From NCBI GenBank assembly GCA_027604505.1, contig JADIIX010000192.1, positions 1 to 32,692 of the forward strand: a stretch of DNA of 32,692 nt, in the 5' to 3' direction. The notes beneath the pieces were generated by a model that made no database searches, was not told where the DNA came from, and was given only the letters and a program-made list of their open reading frames with translations. Source of the stretch: Gonapodya sp. JEL0774 (Eukaryota). Of the stretch, positions 11,878 through 22,299 are shown in pieces (positions within the stretch are counted from its first letter, which is position 1; the number at the start of each line of letters is the position of its first letter). The position numbers and the translations under genes were made by a program.

Positions 11878-13481
11878 TCACTGTTGCCCTAACATGGCCT
11901 CAAGTTTCGCCAGCTGGAAAAACGGACAGAACACGTCAGCAATGTGGCACTATGAGCACAAGTGCAGAGTGTTACCTTCTCCATCAGCACATTGTTCGTG
12001 TCTTCCAACTCAGTGCACCTGGACTCTAACCATCTCAGCTTAAGCGTCTTGCGCAAGCGGCAACGACGCGCTGCCTCGGAGTTCTTGATTCTGCGAACTT
12101 CAAGCTCCTGCGGGGCGAGCTCGGCAGTGGTGCGGCGTCTATAAACGGACATGCACAGCAAGAGAGGGGATGAATGAGATGAGGCGATTGTAAAAACAAC
12201 CTCTGGAGAGAGTGCAGAGCATCCTCCATTGAACGATGCGCACCTCCTCTTTTTCTTGTCACTTCCATCGGGACCGTCACTGCTCCGCTTCAAAGAAGCC
12301 GTGGTCTTGCCCATCATACCCATAATTTCGTCCTCGTCGAGGTCATCTAGCTCCTCATCATTCATGTCGTCAAACGGAGTTCGAATGCCAACTGTCTCCT
12401 TTTTCTGGGCCACCGGTGCCAGTGCCAACGCACCCACCACAGCCAGCGAGGGAGCGCAGGCATTCGCCTCGTCCTTGACCGACGCAGTGGGCGATTGAGG
12501 TGGGCTCGGCATGGAGCGAACGGCGGGAGAGGTTGCTGGCGGAGTGGACCTGCTCATCGGAGCACGACCTGGCGCGGGCTGCCAAGCAACCGAAAGGCCT
12601 CGGTGTTCACGCTTTTGGGTGGACGGGGTTGGCTCATTAGCGGGCAACGGTGGCGAAGGGGGCAAGATTGCTGATGGACTTGTGTTTACTTGGAACTGGT
12701 GGTTCACGGTGGGGAAGAGGTAATACTGCTGAGAAGCTTGGTAATCAGCTGCAGCGTTTTTGTCTGAGGGAATGACAAGAGACCCGAACGGGTTCAACTG
12801 TTGGGGAGAATGAACATCGTAAGAAGCAAGCGTGAATATTCAACCTCCCGCTGATGTGCGCAAGAATACATGCATGCACATGCCAGGAAGTGGCATAATT
12901 ATGACTGAGCACTCACATCGGCAAGGGTCGCTTCAGATCCATCTGGCGAGTCGCATCCGACAGCATAGTTATTTCCTTCTAGCATGAACTCGTTTGCTTG
13001 AGCACCAAATTGAGCATAATTAGAAAAATCTAACATGTCCTGTAATCCTTGAGCATGTTGGGCGATGGCCATTGCAACAAGGTCTCGCTGAGCCGAGCTC
13101 CCAGATGCTAACTGCTGGTTGAAGGTGGGCTGAGCCAACAAACTAGCCAAAAGGGCTTCGAGGTTCTGAGCATCAGAAGCAGACTGGCTTGCGTTCAAAT
13201 TCATGTGGTTGAGCATATCTGCAGGGCCAATCAACAGGTCCCCATTGGGAAGAACCCAACAAAACAAGCGCAAGCATGCGCAGTGGCACGAAGAGGAAAG
13301 GAAAGAGGACGAAATAATTATCAAAAAGAAAGAAATGAAACGATCATCGCAGTCGGTCGGGAGGACATCAAGCGAATATGTGGATTGGATGGTACTGAGA
13401 AAAAAAGGGCAAAAGGCAGGCGGACACTGTTGACTCACCAAACGCGGGCTCGTCGCGTGGCATCAAGTACGACAAAGACAT
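11878..13481 (-). CDS. bZIP transcription factor (GCN4/AP-1/ATF-like basic region); exons 13481-13439, 13218-12917, 12797-12244, 12138-11976, 11913-11878 (365 aa)
   Basis: Basic region RRIKNSEAARRCRLRK (N-x7-R) followed by zipper LRWLESRCTELEDTNNVLMEK|LAKLEAML at the C-terminus. Five exons splice in phase with GT-AG introns. Confidence 0.88.
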
Positions 13482-13904
13482 GGCTTAAGATTTCTTTAGA
13501 GTTGCGAATGTCACCACTATGTGTGCGGCTGGTGTGGGTCCCGGGTACGTGGGAGACAAGGAGGGGGCTAAAGCACCAACAGGGACAAGTCGTGGGTGGA
13601 GAGAAGTTCCTGAGCTCGCTAAGACGCAAGTGAGGGAAACTTGAGGGGTGCGGGGGGCCACTAAGACGTGGTGCCGCGTTGACGTTTGCTTGAAAGGGGG
13701 ATGGAAACGAGAACCACTTCAGGGCGGGGTTGAACCGCACTTGGTGCATGCACCGCTCCTCACCCGATAAAAGTTTATTTTCCCCGTGGAGCAATCGTTT
13801 CTTTCAACTTTCCTGCAAGTTCATCATCGATTTTCGAAATAGTATTCTCGGTCTTCATAAACAACCCCAAGAAAACCCCCAGACGTTTACAAGATCCCAC
13901 ACTG

Positions 13905-16900
13905 TCACGCTGCGAGCCCCAAATCTTTTTCAATCAAAGAGGCTGCGATTGGGTGGTATGTTGGTTTCAGTTGAAGAAAAGTTTCCTTGGCGATTGTGGC
14001 TCCGTCTGGTTCGGCTTTGCTCAGGGCGCTTAAAACACCAATGACGCCAAAGTGGGACCGACAAAATAATCAAAGAAGCGAATCAAGATCAGGTTGCACA
14101 AAAAAAAAAAAAAGGAACATAGTGAGTTGTGTTCATGAGTCAGTCCTGAGGAGCCTCGGGAATCACACTCACCGATACAGCGGCCTCACATATTTCATCC
14201 TGCCCTGCTCACCCACAAACTCCACTACTTTTGGAAAAATTGATGTCCGGTTCGACCTAAGACACAACATCTGCCACCGGAATCTGATCTGGAGAGAAAA
14301 TATCGACCAAAGAGAATTGGCGGAGTCCAACTACATCCTATGTATCACTGGCGGACAACACGAACACTCACCTCGGCGTTCCGTACTGTACCCAGCCCGT
14401 AATTCAATTCCAAACTGTCCAGCACCTCCTCAGGAAGCGGCGGGTACTGGTCAAATGCGTCCAGAAACACCATCTTTTGGGTCGCAGAGAAGTCTGCCAG
14501 GTCGCTTGGTGACGGCGTGAATGTGGGGAGGCTTGACGGGTCAGCCAGGGAGTTCCATCTTGAATGGTATTGTGGGGGTTCATCAGAATCGCAAGTGCCC
14601 TTTGCGAATCGCCAGATTGACCATTCCACTCACTTCTTGGCAAGCTCTTCCGCCTCCTTCGCCAACGTATCATCAAAAACGCCTCCTACCAAAGGCATTC
14701 CTGGAGCATTGTACCATTTATCCCACTCAACGGACTCGAGCTTCTCCGTTGCCAGCGGCCCTCCACCGAGGTTCTTCGAATCCGCAAAGTGATCAAATAA
14801 GCACCGCTGAAAGTCTTTGGTGGTGATCGAACGGTGGGCGAAAGTGGCGACGTGATGCTTCAGGTAGGCCTCTGGAAAGGTGATATTTGTGTTTTCGATA
14901 CCGTATGCACAAAGCCATCTGTTTTGTCCACCTACCAAACACTTCACTTCCACCCATGAGTCCTTCCAAATAATATAGAAGCGCAAATCCTTTCTCGTAT
15001 GGCACAGCGGAGAAGGCATCGTCGGGATCCCGATTCTTGAGGTCGGGGTGGAGCGCAGTGAGTGGATTCGTCTCACCAAAGTGATCCACGACATCGTCCT
15101 TGAGGTGACGATATCCCACAATGGCGGAGAGTTGGCGGGCTTGCTCGCCGTGGAGGCGACCTGCGATGTTGATGGTGAGATTCTGCTGGAAATACCCACT
15201 CCACATAAACTGCGGCACCCCGTTGTGATCTCACCGATAATCTTCCGTTCCACGTACATGGTAAAACCTTCGTTAAGCCAAAAATCTTCCCAGCATTTGT
15301 TGGTGACAAGATTTCCCGTCCAGCTGTGGGCAGCTTCATGGGCAATAACATCCACCAGGCTCCGATCACCAGCAAGGAGAGTCGGTGTCACGAATGTTAA
15401 ACAAGGGTTTTCCATGCCACCGTAGGGGAATGAAGAGGGTAGCCTGTCCCCATTAAATGCCAAAAACGATCCGGTACAATGAGGAGGTTGGCTGGTTGTG
15501 ACTCCACGCATAGCCAGCCAGCCACCTACACAAGAACATCATATCGGCCCCATACGTATGGTGTGAGCTATGTGCATGGCTTGTTGTCAGCTGTTTGGGG
15601 AAGCTCTCCAACATGGACTAGGAACTCACTAGGTCTTCACCAGTCCTCACGAAACTTTCTGTGTCCACAAACTCATACGCGGCAGCGTCGACCTAATATC
15701 AAATTTAGGAAGAGAAAAGGCAAGAGTCGCCAGGCGAAGGATGATTCAACAGCTTCCCCGACGTACCACTTCTGGTTCGCTCCACACTCTGCTTCTTGGC
15801 CCGATTTCTCTGGACTCCAAGTTGCCGACAGCGAGAGCAATAAGGTAGCTTGGAATGGGTTCGGGTTGGTTCCAGTAGAAGATCCGAGAAGTGGATGGGG
15901 ATGGCTTGCCTGACCCAGAACCGAGAGGCGGGGCGGGCACGACGGTTGGTGCTATCAAAAATAGGGAATGAGAAGTATCCAGAAGAAAGTGATGGCTCGA
16001 AAAGGGAATCCAGCTTCTGATATGAAATTGCTCATCGCCGTCCCAATCGCGACAGCTCTAACGTATCCTCCTCAAGTTCGCCAAGCACTGCTGATATGCT
16101 CTGTTATTGGGCCGCTTTATCTGTGAGGGTGCTCACCCTTTTCTTCTACGGCACTCATAAGTGCGACGAGGGGTGAAGGAACCGCGACCTCTGCGCGATA
16201 CGATGCCTTCGCTCCTGGCGAGTCTTGACACGGCAGCAGCGCACGGGCGTGAATAGCTTGACACTGCGTGAAAAGATAGGGCAGCCGGCGTCCCACGGTC
16301 TGTGCAGGCGTCAGCCATTGAGTGGCAGTGCACTGCTCTGTAGTGGAGTACGTAACCCTGATTTTAAAGTTTGTTCCTGCAGGTGAGTTCAATCGAGGTA
16401 ATGAAATTTCGAGGCGGGAGCCAAATGCTGGGTGCCGTGGTAAAACATTAAACTACCACAACGCAGAAACAGTAGTGAGCGATGCACGGCGGAGCTTCAA
16501 CCAAGCCCACAGTAAGACCCCAGAGGGATGTTGGAACTTGCAATCCGTGCCTCGCCACAGAAACGGCCCACTGTGAGCCACCACCTCCCCGGAAGTCTGA
16601 CCTTCAAGTCTGTTTCTTCTCCATTTTCGTCCACTGCCGCACACTTGAGAATGTCGAGATAGGAAGTGTCGAGAGCCAGGCACGAAACTTGGTCTTTAAT
16701 GGTCCTGCAAGTGTAGTCAACGTGACCGTAGATGACAAACTGATCACGAGGATCATTCGGAACGAAACGATGAGGAATGCGGTGAAACCACCCAGAACAA
16801 CCAAAGAGTTCAGAAATTTGATTATTTCGTTCGATCAACGCCGGGTTACGCGGGAGGGATGCGAATAAAAAGCACTCCGAAGTATCATGACAGCACACCT

Positions 16901-17015
16901 TGTCGAAGTCCACCGTCCAAGAAATTTCTAGATGGGTTACTAGGCATTCTTGGGGATTCGAGAGCGAGTTGACATCGAATGGGCATGTTGGAGGATTTGT
17001 GCCGTTGTCGGTCAT
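13905..17015 (-). CDS. LTA4H: Leukotriene A4 hydrolase / M1 leucine aminopeptidase; 12 exons 17015-16899, 16739-16602, 16452-16137, 15951-15767, 15692-15630, 15567-15530, 15443-15235, 15160-14936, 14871-14634, 14558-14372, 14288-14173, 14028-13905 (651 aa)
   Basis: PYLFTQCQAIHARALLPCQDSP, PIPSYLIALAVG, FPYGGMENP (GXMEN), HEAAH-x18-E zinc motif (HEAAHSWTGNLVTNKCWEDFWLNEG), PYEKG, and C-terminal GRMKYVRPLYR...YHPIAASLIEKDLGL. All introns are phase-consistent. Confidence 0.97.
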
Positions 17016-17480
17016 GATGGCGGATTCTTTGGTTTCGAAGAGAGTTCGAAGTTAGTTGAGTGCTTGGTGACCGATGAGGCATCGGCATCGATCAATCACT
17101 ACGCGTGTAATGATTTCAATTACATAAAGCACAGGAGGAATAAATGTAATATGGTCCTGTTCGGAATCCGTTGCGTACTCTGCCTCGCGACTGTGAAGTA
17201 TAGAACAAACCTCACTCAGCTGTTCTGCTTCACATGTATTCCCTTCCACGTTTTATGCTCTCAACGTTCAGAGCTTTCCATTTTGCTTTCGTCCATGTGT
17301 TCTGAGGGTAATCGCATTGTAGTAAGTATCCAAAAAAGATCGTACAGTTCGCGACATAACTGAAATCTCCAATTGCACTACACGTTTCACACACTTAGAT
17401 CAGAACAAACTTATCTAAACAAGACCGGGTACCTCGTCTTTGACAAGAATAGCTTGAAACGGTCACCTCCCAACAGGTGT

Positions 17481-20075
17481 TCATTCCACTCTCCCCGCCA
17501 CATGCGCCGCTTCAATGACGGTCTTCCCCCCACCCCCACCAAGCCTCCTTGGCTCCACATTTGTCCTTCCATTCACGACAAACAGCGGATTAGGTCTCTC
17601 CATCACTTCAGCACTAACGCCCACACCGTCGAGGTACTCTTGAAGGAGCAACCGCAGGTTTGCATTCTCCGAGGCGAGTGCTGCACGGCGGTTGCGGAGA
17701 TGCAAGGTAGATAGAAGCGCAGCGTTAAGGCGTGCGTGAAAGTTGTGTAACGGCAGGAGCGGGGGAGTAATTGAGGTAGACTTGGCTGGTTCCGGACTTG
17801 ACGATGCGGAGACCCGGTTCGAGTGCTTCGGGAGTGGGGGTAGGTGTAGTGCAATGTCCGTGGTCTCCTCGGGAACATCAGGGAACGGCGCAGTGCCGTG
17901 TGGCCGACTTTGGTGGCCGTGCCCATCCTCACCGTCCGGGTTCAAGCTAATCATTGCTGATTCGGCGTCGGGGCCATCCATGCCCTTGCTGTCCCCTGTT
18001 TGTGCAAACCCCGCACTTTGTTCCTTCTCCGTTGATCCCTGCATCCCATCCCCGTCACTAACCCCAGCCCATCCTACAGCCCTCGCCACAGCCTCAGCTT
18101 CCGTCTCCAGCTTTCCATTCATCTCCGCCAGCTTGAGAATCCTCTCTGCAACCTCCACCCTCGCCTTAAGTCCGTCGATCGTCCCCCCACTTGCCACCGT
18201 TGCTTGAGTCAACTTCGCCCTCTCCACCTTTCGCGCCTCGGCCATCCTCCTCTTCAATTCCGCAAACCCGCCCTGCACCTTCTCCCTCCTCTCCCTTGCC
18301 AATCGCAGCTTATCTTCGTGCTCGGCAGAGGACTGCGCCATCCGGGTTCGGAGCTGGGCAATGGATTCGGAGAGGTGGAGAAGGCGACGGACTTGCTTTT
18401 CAATTTCCTTGGTGTGGAGTTGGTCTCGGAGTTTGAGCTCATTGAAGTCATTGCTGCGCTGAGAGGTGTTGGCTTTGTACGTGTCTTTGGTCTGATCGTG
18501 GAAGGGAGATGTCAGACTCCTGCGGTGATGATTGCAAAGCTCTTAGCAGTATACAATCCCTGTCTATTCACGTCCACATCCGTAGCGGTATCCGCGTTCT
18601 TTGACGTGCCTCATCCTCGTCCCACTTAGTAGATCAACGCCAGCCATCTAGGGAGGTACACCCAACCTCACGATCCGGACATGCCGCGATATCCATTTGC
18701 CTTTTCCGTTCCACCAACTTACCTCTTGCCACCTCCTCTGCAATTCCTCCACCACCGCATCCATCTGCATCCTCGCAGCATGCCTTTCTTCCAAATCTCT
18801 GTTCTTCACATCATCCAGTGCGCTCTGATGCTCGTGCCGCGCGTCAGCTTCGGCTTCCTCGCGCAAGTGCACAGCTCGTCGCAGTATGAGGAGGAAGGAC
18901 GACCGGGAGATGGCGTGACGCTCGAGGAGGCGGATTCTATGATGTTCGGATGTACGGTAGTAAGTGATGGGAACAGAGGAGGGTGCAGAGCGACGTACGC
19001 TTCCATGCAAAATCTGCCAAAGAATAGAATAGCCCCTCACGGGGAGCGAGCACCATGGCGGGCTTCGCCCATGCTTCGCTCTTGCTCGAGAGGCTCACCT
19101 CTCGCCTCCGAACTCCTCCTCCAGCTTGGCCACCTCTCCCTCGAACCACAGTCTTGCCGCATCCATTCTCTCCTCTTGTATCCTCGTGCAGTTATCTATC
19201 ATTTCCAAGTGCCCACGGGCGGCGTCGGCGTGCTGTTCTGCGGCCTCGGAAAGTTGGGTGACGAGGTGGGACGTAAGTCTAGCAAGATGGGCAGAGGTGC
19301 GCCGATGGGAAGACAGAAGATGGTTGAGCTGGGTAGTGAGGGTGGTGGATTTCACTTGAGATGTGTGGGTGTAGGTAGTGTAGGTGAGGTTAGCATACGA
19401 CAGTTCCGCGGGAACACATTCCCAGCAGTGACCGAGTAAGCTGTATCATTCGGATTCTCTGCAAAAAGGGTGTTCTCCACGATCCCATCATAATTTCTCC
19501 GCGCTCGAAACTTCCTGTATCATCGAAGCCGCCCGTTGCGACGAAACTCCAACGCCTGACAGCAGAACGTCCAGCACCGCCACGGCCAAGCAGAATGGCA
19601 ATTCTACTGCGATCAGACCGTTTTCTTTGGTGTTTTACTTTCATTTCGATGGTGCCTTGATCCTTTGGGCTTCCCCAACGTCACTTGGATTGTCCTATTC
19701 ACCAGAGTGACGATACAGATACAAGGGGATTTCAAAGGCACCGCTTCCAGCGTGTTTCAGGATATTGTCTCTGCAAATGATGTGGATCGGCCTTTCTGTG
19801 CGCTCTTCATCTCGTTCTACATTTAAGAGACACCAAGCCCCCAGAGATGGGGTTGCTGCACTGAGCCCATTCTCCACAGCGGACATACCATCCTTCATGA
19901 TTTCTCTCCACTTGTTGTCGACCTTAATAGTGTTGAGTTTGGTCATCTTCTCCTCCATCTGCACCTTGGCTCTCATTTCAGCCATTCGCTTCCTGCCCTC
20001 TGCCCGTCTCGCTTCCGCATCCTGTACGGGTTCGGCCTTTGCAGCTCCAGATGCGGACTTTGGTTTCTTTGGCAT
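17481..20075 (-). CDS. DRC2: Dynein regulatory complex subunit 2 (CCDC65/DRC2), flagellar coiled-coil protein; exons 20075-19889, 19354-19099, 18936-18723, 18491-17481 (555 aa)
   Basis: Recognisable CCDC65 motifs: EEKMTKLNTIKVDNKWREIMKD|VK, QLSEAAEQHADAARGHLEMID, DDVKNRDLEERHAARMQM, AERILKLAEMNGKLETEAE, LASENANLRLLLQEYLDGVGVS..VMERPNPLFVVN. Confidence 0.88.
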
Positions 20076-20204
20076 CCCGATTGAGTTTCACTTGACAAAA
20101 TGGTGTTCGGAACTATCCCAGATGAAGAGTGCAATTAGTGCCACCATACTTGTGTTTACCAACGACTGGCCTTCTGCAAGTTCTCCACTGCAATCCTTCC
20201 AGCA
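20076..20204. promoter_or_regulatory. Compact bidirectional promoter region between head-to-head DRC2 and BAG-like genes
   Basis: Only 129 bp separate the two divergent ATGs (20075 minus, 20205 plus). Confidence 0.6.
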
Positions 20205-21745
20205 ATGGACTCCCTTGGCGCTGAACTCGTACGCGTTCTTCGAGATCCCAGCGCACACTTATTTAAGCATTCCTGGCCGGTTTCTGACGATGGCGAGCTC
20301 GACTCGAATTTCATCGCTTCTTTCGCACTCACATCGTCAGCAGTGCTTGTACGTTGACGACTCTCGCCCACTTTGTGACTTCTTCGCTTTTGTCCATTTC
20401 ATCATGTTTCCTTCCTTTGGTCCTTGTCATTCGGCATTTGTACTCACCTTCCGTACCATTTCCTTTCACTGACCTCGAAAAGACCGCAATCTTCACAGTT
20501 CGTACAATCTCTGCCCATCTCTCTGCCCGTAGCGCACTGAAAAAGCGCCGTGCGGCGCTCACAGCCCGAATCCGCGCTGTCAAACGAGCTCGCGACTCCC
20601 TCCTCGATGAACTCGCACGTCTAGAACATTCGTGCACGCGTAGACCGGGTGGCCTGTTCGAGGAAATAGAGATGTTGGTCGCCGAAGTCGACACAGTGCT
20701 GGGACCTGAAAGCCTGGACGCAGGGGACAACGTGGGGGAGGATGGTGGCAAGATCAATGCATCCACTTCCAAACCAACATCGAACAGTTACTCCAACGGC
20801 CATATCCCATCACATTTCCTTCCTTCATCATCATCTTCCTCTTCCGTCTCATCCATCTCCGTTTCCTCCGTTTCCTCCTCCTCTGAATCACCCCCGTTCC
20901 AGAACTCGACCGACGCACAAAAGCAGGTGGCCGCAACATCAGAGACACCATCTGCAACCGCTAGTACCGGACCTCACCTCACTGCTGCCGCACCACTCCC
21001 AAACTCTCTCCCCGCACCCCGCCCGAGTGCTCCATTAACCACCCTCACCCCACTCAACCGTCGACTCCTGCTCCTCGACGACCGCCTCATCCGCCTCCTC
21101 GAATCTGTTGACCTTTATTCCCCAGCACATGTTGACCGTCTCCTCCGCACCGCCGGATCTCTCCCCCCTTCCCACTCTTCCCACGCTCTGCAACACTTCG
21201 ATCCAGACGCACCCGTCGAGGATTCCGACGTGCCCGTGGTACTGTCTCACCCAACACGGCCCCCGTCGCCTTTAGGTGCTGCAGCGGCTGCTGGTGCGCG
21301 ATCCATGGCCGCTCGGGCAGATGCAGATCCCGACACCGCGGTGGCGGCTGCCGTGCGAGCTGGGGCGGAGAGGGTAAGGAGAAGGCGGCGAGAGGTTGCG
21401 AGAGATGTTGCTGGACGGTGTAGGGGTGTGGATCGGGGCTTGGCGAGGTTGAAGGATGCGCTGGCGAGGGCAGAAAAGCAACAGGAAGCCGCCACCGCGG
21501 CTGCGGAGGGTACCGTAGCACCGCCATCTCCACCATCTGCGACCACATCCGTGACCGGCAAATCCAAACTAAACAAAAAGGACGGGAAGTCCCCCCCCAT
21601 ATCCCCACGACCGGAATACGATACCTCACTTGCACCTGACCCCCTCGACAGCCCCACAGCCTTCGTGTCAAATGAGCCGGGCGCGGACGTGCTAGAGAGA
21701 TTGGAGAAGGCGTTCAGGGAGGACGGCCTGGGAGGTGGACTGTAG
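20205..21745 (+). CDS. N-terminally membrane-anchored BAG-domain-like protein (Snl1/Bag102-like architecture); exons 20205-20348, 20483-21745 (468 aa)
   Basis: GTACGT donor at 20349, CTGAC branch site and AAG acceptor at 20482. Splicing builds TM FIASFALTSSAVL|TAIFTV followed by basic KKRR. BAG-like helices LNRRLLLLDDRLIRLLESVD and ERVRRRRREVARDVAGRCRGVD. The long ORF is secure; the BAG call is by eye. Confidence 0.65.
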
Positions 21746-22299
21746 GATATGATGACTGTAGCGGCATATGGAAACGGATCGGGGTGAAATTGGACGAAGT
21801 GAAACTAAAACGCAACACCGTTGATTGATAATGTAAGATTTTTGGGTATACGCTGCTCCTAACGTTCCCTCTATAGACTGGGTTACAGATTACAATAAAT
21901 GGGAGTATTTCTGCATATAATGAGACCTGAAATCGCCTCCGTTTCGTCGCAAGGCTTCCCATTTTCTTCACTCTCTCTCTTACCGGAAGACTTGCATCGA
22001 CAGGATGTCAAGGTGGCATCGCACGAGAGTCAGGGACCCGTTTCGGTGTGGTCGAATCCGCCAACGATGTACCAATAACGTCGTGAACGGCTGGGCGGCT
22101 TCGCTTGTGTCTGTATAATCATAGAAGAAGATTGAGACAAGGTTACAAAGTAATAGAGTGAACTAGACGGTGCAACATTATCGTTTTGTGTCTCCTTTCC
22201 CACCCAAACTATAGAACCGGAACCGACAAGGAAATACATCCAATAATTACGATGATCGTGGGATGACGGACGTCGGTATACGGAGTTCTCTAGCCAGTG

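Noticed and set aside
16740..16898. Stop-free, in-frame 159-nt segment in LTA4H read as coding by the ORF track
   Set aside because: Bounded by a GTGTGC donor and CAG acceptor, and it interrupts the conserved VDFDK-x-I-x-G motif; treated as an intron.
18681..19439. 252-aa plus-strand ORF (also 19765-20472)
   Set aside because: Antisense shadow of DRC2 exons and introns.
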